Positions 45,663 to 54,571 of a stretch of DNA of 55,721 bases are shown here, in pieces. Origin of the DNA: Mogibacterium sp. Lineage in GTDB: Bacteria; Bacillota; Clostridia; Peptostreptococcales; Anaerovoracaceae. How positions within the stretch are numbered: position 1 is the stretch's first letter; every line of letters begins with the position of its first letter. The stretch lies in NCBI GenBank assembly GCA_017434585.1, contig JAFRFA010000134.1, positions 1-55,721 of the forward strand, given 5' to 3'. The notes beneath the pieces were generated by a model, which worked only from the letters and a program-made list of their open reading frames with translations, was not told the origin of the DNA and did not search any database. The translations under genes and the position numbers were made by a program.

Positions 45663-45767
45663 GCGCCTTTATTCAAGGGCAAAGCACGGCTGGATGGTGT
45701 ATAAAATCACGAAAACCAGCTTCCGTTACACCATCTGCCGCAGTAAGCAGGCGGCAGCTTTCCGGTA

Positions 45768-48188
45768 TCAGCGTAGTTCGGCCCCGACCTTCTTCTGAAG
45801 CACTCCGACGATCGCGTTCATCCTCTTTTCTATCTGCTTCGAAGTCATTGTCGAATCATCATTGCCTATCCTGTAGCTGAGCATGATCGACTTCTTTCCG
45901 GCAGGGATCTGCTTGCCCCTGTATTCCTCAACGAAGTTGAGCTCTTTGACCATCTTTCCGATCGCCTCTTCGATCTGGCTCCACTTGACCGACTCATCGA
46001 CGAGGATCGAAAGATCCTGATCCACCAGCGGGTAAAGAGGCAGATGCACGAACTCGTTTGTCCTCGAAGGATACGGCGTGAGCATGCCGGTATCGAGCTC
46101 GAATGCGGCTGCGCTTATAAGCTTTATGCCCGATTCAGCAAGAGCCGATACGGCGAGCAGCCCGATGGATCCGACTATCACTTCGCCGCACATCACATTG
46201 AGCCATACCTTATCGTCAGCCCAGCAAGGCTTTTCGTTCTGAGCGAATGACAGAGGCTCGAAGTGGCAGTATCCGCTCATGCCCTCTATAACGCCCTTGA
46301 CGCTGAAGAACAGATCCTTCGCGTCTTTTCCGGCAAAGACTCCGGTCAGGAGATTCCTGTGTACAGGCAGCACCTCATCAGGAGAAGACGGACTGTATTC
46401 GCCCTTCACGAATACCTGGGCAGCCTCGAACATAGAGAATTCGTCATAGTATCTGTGGTTCTTCTCTATTGATTCAAGCATTCCCGGTATCAGTGAACTC
46501 CTTAGTATGCCGAGTTCAGGCGCAGGAGGAGTAGCAAGCCTTACCGAATCCGAAGTATCGATCTTCGCAGCGCGGATGTATTTTTCATCTATCCACGGAT
46601 ATGTGAATATCTCGTTCATGCCGCATCTGAAAGCGAGGTATTCCCTGAGCCTTCTGGCAAGATCCATTCTGACCTGATTGACACAGTGTTCGAATTTTAC
46701 AGGAAGCGGCTGCTTCTTGAAGTACTCATATCCGATGAGTCTGGCTATATCGCCGAGTATGTCGTCGTGGATAGAGACGTCTCCTGTTGATCTCCATGTA
46801 GGAACGATGCAGCGGTACTCCCCATTCTGGTATATGACGATGTATCCGAGTCTCTTAAGGATGTCTTCTATAGTGCTCTGCGACAGCACCTCGCCGAGTC
46901 TCCTGTCGAGGAATTCCTGCGAGATGTTTATTTCCTGGTTTTCCGTTCTGACAGGATAATTATCCGCGAAAGCAGAAATAACGCATTCCGGGTATATCTC
47001 CCTGAACAGCGACAGAGCCATCGATACGCCGATGTCGGCTCTCTGTGTGTCTATGCCTTTTTCGTATCTCAGAGCCGCGTCGGTCTTTTCGTTGAAGTAC
47101 GCAGTCGTGCGCCTGATCCCCGGTGCTGTGAACACCGCGCATTCCAGTATGATAGAATCAGTGCTGTCTAGGACGGAGTCGTCCCTGCCGCCCTTTATGC
47201 CTGCGAGGTTCAGAGGCTTATTTGCGTCACAGACCACGAGATGATCGTGCGTGAGTTCAAGATCCTTTTCGTCGAGAAGCAGAAGCTTTTCGCCTTCTTC
47301 GGCAAGCCTCACGACGATCTCTCCTCCTTCGACATGAGTGCTGTCATAGGCGTGCTGAGGCGCTCCGACAGCGAGCATGACGAAGTTGGTGATATCGACG
47401 ATGGCGTTGATAGGTCTCATTCCGGCATTTATTATGAGAGTCTTCATCCATGCAGGCGATTCCTTGACGCAGACGTTGTCGATTTTCGTAGCAGTGAACC
47501 TGTTGCATCTTTCAGGCTCTTTGATGGTGACCGGATACTCAGGAAGCCCTGCCGGGAGCTCTTTGCTGAGTTCCTTGAACGGGACCTTGTAAATGGCGGC
47601 AAGCTCTCTGGCGATACCGTAATGGCCCCAGAGGTCAGGCCTGTTCGAAAGCGACTTGTTGTCGACCACGAGTATCACATCATCGAGACCCATGACTTCA
47701 GCTACGGACTGGCCGGTCTCGCAGTCTATCCCGAGTTCGGTGAAGTCTACGATCCATCTCTCATCTTCATTGCTGATGATGTCTCCGAGGTATACCTCGA
47801 GCGGAGAACAGATCATGCCGTATGAAGGTTCTCCTCTGAGTTTGCTCTCTTTGATCCTGACAGGTTCGCCCTCGCCGTGCCACACGACTTCAGCGCCCGG
47901 CTTCGAGACACAGACCTTGTGTCCGGCAGCCAGATTGGACCCTCCGCATACGATCTGTTTGAGTTCGTCCTCTCCGACATCCGTGATGCATATCCTGAGG
48001 GCGTCGGCGTTCGGATGAGGTCTGACTTCTTTTATTTCTCCGACGACTATGTCGTGGAACTTTTCCGATGTATCGATCACTTCCTCGACCTCAACTGTAC
48101 GCATGGTAAGGTCGTAAGCGATCTGATCATATGTAAGATCAGAAGGCAGATCGACATATCTCTGTAAGAATCTCATTGAAATATTCAT
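45768..48188 (-). CDS. pheT: phenylalanyl-tRNA synthetase beta subunit
   Basis: The 806-aa ORF has a tRNA-binding OB domain (VVGEIKEVRPHPNADALRIC), B3/4 and B5 domains, and a C-terminal FDX-ACB domain. Confidence 0.97.
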   Translation of the reverse strand: MNISMRFLQRYVDLPSDLTYDQIAYDLTMRTVEVEEVIDTSEKFHDIVVGEIKEVRPHPNADALRICITDVGEDELKQIVCGGSNLAAGHKVCVSKPGAEVVWHGEGEPVRIKESKLRGEPSYGMICSPLEVYLGDIISNEDERWIVDFTELGIDCETGQSVAEVMGLDDVILVVDNKSLSNRPDLWGHYGIARELAAIYKVPFKELSKELPAGLPEYPVTIKEPERCNRFTATKIDNVCVKESPAWMKTLIINAGMRPINAIVDITNFVMLAVGAPQHAYDSTHVEGGEIVVRLAEEGEKLLLLDEKDLELTHDHLVVCDANKPLNLAGIKGGRDDSVLDSTDSIILECAVFTAPGIRRTTAYFNEKTDAALRYEKGIDTQRADIGVSMALSLFREIYPECVISAFADNYPVRTENQEINISQEFLDRRLGEVLSQSTIEDILKRLGYIVIYQNGEYRCIVPTWRSTGDVSIHDDILGDIARLIGYEYFKKQPLPVKFEHCVNQVRMDLARRLREYLAFRCGMNEIFTYPWIDEKYIRAAKIDTSDSVRLATPPAPELGILRSSLIPGMLESIEKNHRYYDEFSMFEAAQVFVKGEYSPSSPDEVLPVHRNLLTGVFAGKDAKDLFFSVKGVIEGMSGYCHFEPLSFAQNEKPCWADDKVWLNVMCGEVIVGSIGLLAVSALAESGIKLISAAAFELDTGMLTPYPSRTNEFVHLPLYPLVDQDLSILVDESVKWSQIEEAIGKMVKELNFVEEYRGKQIPAGKKSIMLSYRIGNDDSTMTSKQIEKRMNAIVGVLQKKVGAELR

Positions 48189-48203
48189 TTTGCGCCTCCT
48201 TTC

Positions 48204-49241
48204 TTACCTGAACTGCTCGAGGAATCTCAGGTCAGCGCTGTGGAACAGCCTAACATCGTCCACTCCGTAGCGCATCATCACGAGTCTGTCGAGTCCTATA
48301 TTCGTGTAGAATCCCGTCCATACATCCGGATCGAGATCTGCAGCTCTCAGCACGTTCGGATGGATGACTCCGCCCGGCATTACTTCGATCCAGCCGGCTT
48401 GGTTGCAGGCCTTGCAGCCCTTTCCTCCGCAGAGAAGGCACTCCATGTCGATCTCGTAGCCCGGCTCTGTGAACGGGAAGAATCCTTCTCTCATCCTGAC
48501 ATTGACCTTGCGTCCGAACACCTTCTCGAGAATGGTCTCGATCATGACGCGCCCGGAACTGAAAGAAATGTCCTTATCGACGATCAGCGCCTCGTACTGG
48601 AAGAAAGCTCTCTCGTGACGAGCATCCGTGGTCTCGTTTCTGTACACCCTTCCCGGATATACGAATCTCGCAGGAGCTCCGTGCTCGAGGAGATACCTTA
48701 CAGATCCTCCTGTCAGATGAGGTCTGAGACACAGTCTCTCGCTGCCCCTCTTTGTTTCTGTTCCCTCGAGCCAGTAAGTATCCATGGATGCTCTGGCCGG
48801 GTGGTCAGCCGCAAAGTTTAGATTGTCAAAAGCAAACGTCTCGCTGCTTATGTCGTCTTCGCTGTAAATCTCGAAGCCAAGAGACCTGAATGCGTCGTTC
48901 AGGTCATAGCACATCTGCGTGATCGGATGCAGAGCGCCGCCCTTCACCCTTTTGCCCGGCAGCGTCAGATCGATGTCCCCTTCTGCCGCTGATGCTCCGG
49001 CGATCAGCTCATCGGCTTTTTCCTGCAGTTTCTCTGCAAAAGAATTCTTGACCTCATTCGCCTTCATTCCTACGGAACGTCTCATTTCAGGATCTATCCC
49101 GCCAAGGCTTTTGAGGACTTCCTGCAGCGCGCTCTTCTTGCCGGTCAGTTCCCTGCGGACCGCTTCCAGACTTTCCATGTCTGCTGCTCCGGCGATGCGC
49201 TGAAATCCTTCTTCGCGAATCTTCTCCAGCTTATCCAGCAT
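48204..49241 (-). CDS. pheS: phenylalanyl-tRNA synthetase alpha subunit
   Basis: The 345-aa ORF contains HPITQM plus class II motifs (RVYRNETTDARHERAFFQYEALIVD, FPFTEPGYEIDM, GLDRLVMMRYGVDDVRLF). Confidence 0.97.
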   Translation of the reverse strand: MLDKLEKIREEGFQRIAGAADMESLEAVRRELTGKKSALQEVLKSLGGIDPEMRRSVGMKANEVKNSFAEKLQEKADELIAGASAAEGDIDLTLPGKRVKGGALHPITQMCYDLNDAFRSLGFEIYSEDDISSETFAFDNLNFAADHPARASMDTYWLEGTETKRGSERLCLRPHLTGGSVRYLLEHGAPARFVYPGRVYRNETTDARHERAFFQYEALIVDKDISFSSGRVMIETILEKVFGRKVNVRMREGFFPFTEPGYEIDMECLLCGGKGCKACNQAGWIEVMPGGVIHPNVLRAADLDPDVWTGFYTNIGLDRLVMMRYGVDDVRLFHSADLRFLEQFR

Positions 49242-49253
49242 TGATAACCCTCC

Positions 49254-50357
49254 TTATATTCCTCTTCTGACCATGTCTGCGCCTGTGTATACCTTCGGTT
49301 CCTCTTCGCCTCTGAGTACTCTCAGAGCACCTGCGCACATGGCCTCCTGTTCAACTTCATTCTCGTATACGTATACCGGAGCTATCCACTCCGTATAATC
49401 CTTTATATAATCGATCAGCGAACTGAATCTTGTATATCTGCCAGTGATCAGTATCCCGTCTACTTTGCCCTTGAGCACGGTCGCCATCGATCCTATATAC
49501 TTCACGATATTATATCCGAGGGCTTCCCATACAAGCGCGGCTTTTTTATCTCCGGCCTGCACCCGGGCGTATATGTCATCGGCATCCGATGTGCCGAAGT
49601 GGGATACGAAGCCTCCGGTGCCCGTGCAGAGATGTCTCATCTCTTCGACGCTGTGGTCACGGAAGTAGTCGAGCACCTCCATCAGAGGAAGAGAACCCGT
49701 CCTTGTTGCGGTAAACGGCCCCTCGCCGCCCGCGCCCTGGTTGCAGTCTACCTGCCTGCCGTGGTCGTGTGCGGCAATGGTGATACCTCCGTCTATATGC
49801 GCCACCACAAGGCGTGCATCCCTGTGATCCATGCCGTGGATCCTGCAGTGCTTCATCGCTGTCCCTCTGAGATTCAGAGCATGCGACTCCGTCCTTCTTT
49901 CTATCTCTTTTACTCCGGTCACTCTCGCGACATCCGTATATTCATCGACGCATACCGGATCGACCATGAACAGCCTGCCTCCGTACCTCTGCTGCATCAC
50001 ATATGCGAGCTGCACTCCGAGTATGGACGGATGGATGGTCCTTCCTGCGTTGTTTCTTATGTCGCTGAGCAGAAGATCATTGACTTCATATGTTCCGGAA
50101 GGCACCGGACAGCATCCGCCGCCTCTTCCGACAAAGGCGTCGACTCCTTCGAGATCTATATCGTTGTCTCTGATGAAGTCTTCGATCACCTTCATCCTGT
50201 AGCCGAACTGGTCGTTCACATCTTCGAATGAATTCAGCACGGACGCATCGTGCGTCACAGATGTTTCAAAGACCTTTTCATCATTGCTGAACAGAGCAAG
50301 CTTAGTAGATGTCGATCCCGGATTAATAACGAATATCCTGTACTTCCCGTGTCTCAT
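49254..50357 (-). CDS. buk: butyrate kinase
   Basis: The 367-aa ORF contains YRIFVINPGSTSTKLALF, SHALNLRG and AHIDGGITIAAHDHGRQVDCN, the acetate/butyrate kinase fold with Buk-type motifs. Confidence 0.9.
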   Translation of the reverse strand: MRHGKYRIFVINPGSTSTKLALFSNDEKVFETSVTHDASVLNSFEDVNDQFGYRMKVIEDFIRDNDIDLEGVDAFVGRGGGCCPVPSGTYEVNDLLLSDIRNNAGRTIHPSILGVQLAYVMQQRYGGRLFMVDPVCVDEYTDVARVTGVKEIERRTESHALNLRGTAMKHCRIHGMDHRDARLVVAHIDGGITIAAHDHGRQVDCNQGAGGEGPFTATRTGSLPLMEVLDYFRDHSVEEMRHLCTGTGGFVSHFGTSDADDIYARVQAGDKKAALVWEALGYNIVKYIGSMATVLKGKVDGILITGRYTRFSSLIDYIKDYTEWIAPVYVYENEVEQEAMCAGALRVLRGEEEPKVYTGADMVRRGI

Positions 50358-50373
50358 ATTTCCTCTTGATATG

Positions 50374-50406
50374 AAAAAGCGGCGTCTCTTCCTGCAGAGC
50401 CACCGC
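50374..50406 (-). terminator. intrinsic terminator after the pyrophosphatase-like gene
   Basis: The minus strand reads GCGGTGGCTCTGCAGGAAGAGACGCCGC followed by TTTTT. That gives 10 bp, including a G-U that exists only on the minus strand, plus one mismatch. It lies 38 nt after the stop and only 16 nt before the buk start codon. Confidence 0.65.
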
Positions 50407-50443
50407 GATCTTTTGCTGCCGGATATACTCTGCAGATTACAGC

Positions 50444-52246
50444 TTAAAGCACTCCCCCGAACTTCATAAAGACAGGAGCGAAAACGATGGCTGCGACTAC
50501 CATGACTTTTATTACGTTTCCGAGGGTCTCGGTAGCCATTCTGTCAAAATATTTGCCTGAATTGTTGAACGCAAAGAGCATGCACATTCCTGTGACCGTT
50601 ACAGAGCATGTAAACGCTATTATGCCTGTGATCCCGCCCAGAGATCCGGCAATGGCAGGAACGATGAGAGATGCCGCATACAGAGGGACAAGTCCTCTTA
50701 ATGTATTTATATGCTTCTCGTCGTCGTAGAGGTCATCAAGTCTTTCCCTCAGCACTGTAGCGGTGAGTCTTATCGATCTGATGATGAATCCTGCGCAGAC
50801 GAAAACGAATACGGCGCCGGTCGCGATACCCAGGAACACAGATGTATTCATAAGATCAGCCGAAGGACTTCCGGCCGCTATAGAAAGCGCCGTGAACATC
50901 GCAGTAAGAGTTATGATCGTTGCAACAGCTGAATATGTCTTGCCGATGACATCGGTCCTTACAGATGCAGTCAGAAGAACATCCGCCGGGTTCGGGCTCT
51001 CGTCGCTGTCGATGATGACAGACGTGATCTCCGAAGAGCTCGCCGTATTGATGGAAAAACCTCTTACGGCCGAATTAACACCGGCCATCGAGTTGATGCC
51101 GATCGAGGCCAGAGCAACGCCATAGAAATTGGCGAACTTGTACGACACGACCATCGCCGTAATAGTCACCGCTGCAGGGATTACGACAGACATCATGCCT
51201 ATGGATAGGCTGTATATCATCGACTGGCTTGCGCCTACCGTCCTTGCGTCAGGGACGTTTTTTCTGAATACCAGGCCGTCGTATGAGAAAAGCTTTGCGA
51301 TCTCGCCGCATGCAACGGCCGCGACTATGCCTGCCGCAACGCAGAATCCGTATACGTATGACTGCAGTATATTTTTGCTGAAATACAGGGCAGCCGCTAT
51401 CACGATCACTGCAGAAACGTAGTTCCCGGCAGTGATACCGGAAGCAGGATTCTTCACTATCCTGCCCCTGTAGGCAAGGATACCCGGAATAGATGCCGCA
51501 ATACCTGCTGCCAGTATGATGAGCGGATACTTGATTGCTGATGATATCGTGAACGTTGAAGTGACTCCCGATGCATCGACACCGACTCCGGCAAGGAGTG
51601 CAGCGGCACACGCCGAGAGTATGTACGTCTCAACAAAGTCCGAGCCGCTTCCGATGAACATTCCGGTATAGTCGGTATAGTCATCGCTCTTTACCGAAAG
51701 AGCATAGGCTCCCGAAAAAGCGGTTCCCGAAAGGTTCAGACAAAGCGATGTTATCGATGCGCCCAGTCCGAAGCTAGCAATGAGACTGATGAGTTTCTCC
51801 GTATCAAGGAACAGAAACAACAGACCCAGCCCTATCAGAGCGAAAGACGTAACGAACAGCCCCATCACGGCCGCCGATCTGTAAGCGGTCCTGAGCGATC
51901 CTCTCACATCTCCCGATGCTGCCAGCGAAGAAGAGCTTATGCTCCCGGATATGACAGTTCTTGACCCGAGAATAACGGAAACAAAACAAAGCACCGCGCC
52001 TCCGAAAAAGACCGCGGCATTCCAGGGCGAAACAGCGAAACCGATGGCCGCAGCAACGACCGCCAGCATGATGATGAGCGGAAGGTACTGATTCGACCAG
52101 TACTCGGAATTCCTGTTGCGTACTGTTTTGTAAGTATCTGTAGTCGTCGCATTCTTCGCTATGCGGCTTCGCAGCCATGCCTCGAGAGAGACGGCCGTAA
52201 GCAGCCCGAACAATGCGCACGCGAGAGTGAGTATCTTATCGAGCAT
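50444..52246 (-). CDS. divergent membrane pyrophosphatase (H+/Na+-PPase, PF03030-like) homologue with degenerate catalytic motifs
   Basis: The 600-aa polytopic membrane protein matches M-PPase landmarks by eye. Examples are YRSAAVMGL (cf. FRGGAVMGL), SDDYTDYTGMFIGSGSDFVETY (cf. ADNVGDNVGDxAGMGADLFESY) and a C-terminal NNSGKYFD...GNVIKVMVVAAIVFAPVF (cf. GGAWDNAKKYIE...NILIKLMxxVSLVFAP). The start codon is 1 nt after the secG stop. Confidence 0.7.
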   Translation of the reverse strand: MLDKILTLACALFGLLTAVSLEAWLRSRIAKNATTTDTYKTVRNRNSEYWSNQYLPLIIMLAVVAAAIGFAVSPWNAAVFFGGAVLCFVSVILGSRTVISGSISSSSLAASGDVRGSLRTAYRSAAVMGLFVTSFALIGLGLLFLFLDTEKLISLIASFGLGASITSLCLNLSGTAFSGAYALSVKSDDYTDYTGMFIGSGSDFVETYILSACAAALLAGVGVDASGVTSTFTISSAIKYPLIILAAGIAASIPGILAYRGRIVKNPASGITAGNYVSAVIVIAAALYFSKNILQSYVYGFCVAAGIVAAVACGEIAKLFSYDGLVFRKNVPDARTVGASQSMIYSLSIGMMSVVIPAAVTITAMVVSYKFANFYGVALASIGINSMAGVNSAVRGFSINTASSSEITSVIIDSDESPNPADVLLTASVRTDVIGKTYSAVATIITLTAMFTALSIAAGSPSADLMNTSVFLGIATGAVFVFVCAGFIIRSIRLTATVLRERLDDLYDDEKHINTLRGLVPLYAASLIVPAIAGSLGGITGIIAFTCSVTVTGMCMLFAFNNSGKYFDRMATETLGNVIKVMVVAAIVFAPVFMKFGGVL

Positions 52247-52247
52247 A

Positions 52248-52481
52248 TCAGTTGAAAATTGCTACTATGGCAAGCGACACGATTATGTAGATCACGGCGC
52301 ATACGGTCGTGACTCTTGAAAGCAGAGCGTCATAACCCCTGCTCTTGCGTTTGCCGAACAGTTGCTCTGCTCCTCCGGCGATCGAACCCGAAAGGCCGTC
52401 GCTCTTGCTCTCCTGGAGCAGGATGCTGATGATGAGCACTATGCTGGAGATAAGCAGAATGATCATTAATGCAGTGTGCAT
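52248..52481 (-). CDS. secG: preprotein translocase subunit SecG
   Basis: The 77-aa ORF has two TM helices and the central LLQESKSDGLSGSIAGG motif. GGAGGA lies upstream of the ATG. Confidence 0.85.
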   Translation of the reverse strand: MHTALMIILLISSIVLIISILLQESKSDGLSGSIAGGAEQLFGKRKSRGYDALLSRVTTVCAVIYIIVSLAIVAIFN

Positions 52482-52560
52482 TTTATCCTCCGATCGATTG
52501 AAATAACACTTATTAAGCGTCCGATATGCAGCGCAGTGTGCGCGACAAATCGAACGCTTA

Positions 52561-52590
52561 AATATAACACTTTATACTGATTTATGTCAA
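52561..52590 (-). promoter_or_regulatory. putative sigma-A promoter for secG
   Basis: The minus strand has TTGACA (52590-52585), an 18-nt spacer, then TATATT (52566-52561). It begins just after the tpiA stop and gives a leader of about 75 nt. Confidence 0.45.
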
Positions 52591-52595
52591 ACGCT

Positions 52596-53354
52596 TCAGA
52601 GCGATGCTGCCGCCATCGCGATAGCTGCGAAGTCATCCGCCTTGAGGCTTGCGCCGCCTATGAGTCCGCCGTTGATATCAGGCTTTTCGAGCAGTTCTTT
52701 TGCATTGCCCGGCTTCATGCTCCCGCCGTAGAGTATCAGGAGGCTGTCTCCTGTCGCGTTGTCATATACGCCTGAGAGGACTCCTCTGATGAATGCGCAC
52801 ATCTCTTCAGCCTGATCAGGAGTGGCCGTCTTGCCGGTCCCGATAGCCCAGATAGGCTCGTAAGCGATCACGACCTTTGCAGCATCGGATGCAGGGAGGC
52901 CGCTGAAGTCAGCGATAAGCTGACCGGCGACGAATGTCTGCTCTCCGCCGGCTTCCCTTACCTCGAGCGACTCGCCCACGCATAGTATAGGTGTGATCCC
53001 GGCGTCAAGAAGAGCCCTGAGCTTGCGATTTACGGTATCATCCGTCTCATTGAAGTACTCTCTTCTTTCCGAGTGTCCGACTATGCAGTGAGTGATGCCC
53101 AGTTCTTTGAGCATAGGTACGGATACCTCGCCTGTGTAGGCTCCGCTCTCTTCGAAATGCACGTTCTGCGCGCCGAAGCCGAACCCTGAGCCCTCGAGAG
53201 CCTTTCCGACGCCTGCTATCAGGGTGAACGGAGCGAGAATGCATACGTCCTTCTCATTAGGAAGCATCTTCGCTCTGAGTTCCTTCACGAATTCCTCAGC
53301 ATCACCGCTGAGCTTGTTCATTTTCCAGTTGCCTGCTATAAGAAATTTCTTCAT
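52596..53354 (-). CDS. tpiA: triosephosphate isomerase
   Basis: The 252-aa ORF contains AGNWKMN, IVGHSERR, AYEPIWAIGTGKTA and YGGS. Confidence 0.97.
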   Translation of the reverse strand: MKKFLIAGNWKMNKLSGDAEEFVKELRAKMLPNEKDVCILAPFTLIAGVGKALEGSGFGFGAQNVHFEESGAYTGEVSVPMLKELGITHCIVGHSERREYFNETDDTVNRKLRALLDAGITPILCVGESLEVREAGGEQTFVAGQLIADFSGLPASDAAKVVIAYEPIWAIGTGKTATPDQAEEMCAFIRGVLSGVYDNATGDSLLILYGGSMKPGNAKELLEKPDINGGLIGGASLKADDFAAIAMAAASL

Positions 53355-53366
53355 TTCAACTCCTTC

Positions 53367-54551
53367 TTACTTGTCTTCTATGATCGCGATTCCCGGAAGC
53401 TCCCTTCCCTCGAGGAATTCGAGGCTGGCTCCTCCGCCGGTGCTTATATGTGTCATTCTGTCCGCGAGACCGAACTGCGTCACTGCAGCCGCGCTGTCGC
53501 CTCCTCCGATGACAGTGGTCGCGTCTGTCTCAGCAAGGCACTCCGCTATGGCCTTTGTGCCCTTTGCAAACCTTTCCATCTCGAAGACGCCCATAGGTCC
53601 GTTCCATATGATAGTTTTCGCAGTCCTGAGTGTATCACAGTACAGTTTTACCGTTTCAGGTCCGATATCCATTCCCATCCTGCCGTCAGGGACGGCATCT
53701 ACCGGGTATACATCGCACGGAGAATCCGCAGCGAACTCGTCGGCAGCCACTACATCGACAGGAAGCATGAACTTGACTCCCTTTGCTTCTGCTTTCTTAA
53801 GGATGTCGCCGGCAAGCTCCAGGCCTTCCTCGTCCAGAAGCGATTTTCCGATCGAATAACCCTGAGCCTTGAAGAAAGTATATGCCATCCCTCCTCCGAT
53901 AAGGAGGATGTCAACCTTGTCGAGCAGGTTTGTGATGACAGGGATCTTGTCCTTTACCTTGGCGCCTCCCATTATGGCAGCGAAAGGTCTCTTCGGATCG
54001 TTCACGGCCTCGCCGAGGAATTTGAGTTCCTTTTCGATGAGGAATCCGGATACCGCAGGGATGTAGTCAGCGATACCCGTTGTCGAAGCATGCGCCCTGT
54101 GAGCTGTTCCGAAGGCGTCCTGAACGAACACGTCGCCGAGTCCGGCAAGATCCTTTGCAAAGCCCGGATCGTTCTTTTCTTCTTCGGCTCTGTATCTTAC
54201 GTTTTCTATAAGCATCACTTCGCCGGCTTTGAGTTCTTTGGCAGCCGCTCTGACTTTATCGTCTACGACCGCACCGGAAGGAACGAACTTCACTTCCCTT
54301 CCGAGGAGCTCGCTGAGTCTTTTTGCGACAGGAGCGAGGCTCATCTCAGGCACAGGCTGTCCCTTAGGTCTGCCAAGGTGGGACATGAGCACCGTCGCCG
54401 CCCCGTTATCCATAAGATACTTTATCGTAGGAACAGCGGCCCTGATGCGCGTATCGTCTGTGATCCTGTCTCCGTCGAGAGGAACGTTGAAATCGCATCT
54501 GGTGACAGCCGTCTTTCCGGCCCAGTTGATGTCTTTTACCGTCTTTTTCAT
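53367..54551 (-). CDS. pgk: phosphoglycerate kinase
   Basis: The 394-aa ORF contains [33 protein letters not shown] and [13 protein letters not shown]. Confidence 0.97.
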   Translation of the reverse strand: MKKTVKDINWAGKTAVTRCDFNVPLDGDRITDDTRIRAAVPTIKYLMDNGAATVLMSHLGRPKGQPVPEMSLAPVAKRLSELLGREVKFVPSGAVVDDKVRAAAKELKAGEVMLIENVRYRAEEEKNDPGFAKDLAGLGDVFVQDAFGTAHRAHASTTGIADYIPAVSGFLIEKELKFLGEAVNDPKRPFAAIMGGAKVKDKIPVITNLLDKVDILLIGGGMAYTFFKAQGYSIGKSLLDEEGLELAGDILKKAEAKGVKFMLPVDVVAADEFAADSPCDVYPVDAVPDGRMGMDIGPETVKLYCDTLRTAKTIIWNGPMGVFEMERFAKGTKAIAECLAETDATTVIGGGDSAAAVTQFGLADRMTHISTGGGASLEFLEGRELPGIAIIEDK

Positions 54552-54571
54552 TGCAGATCTCCTTATATATC

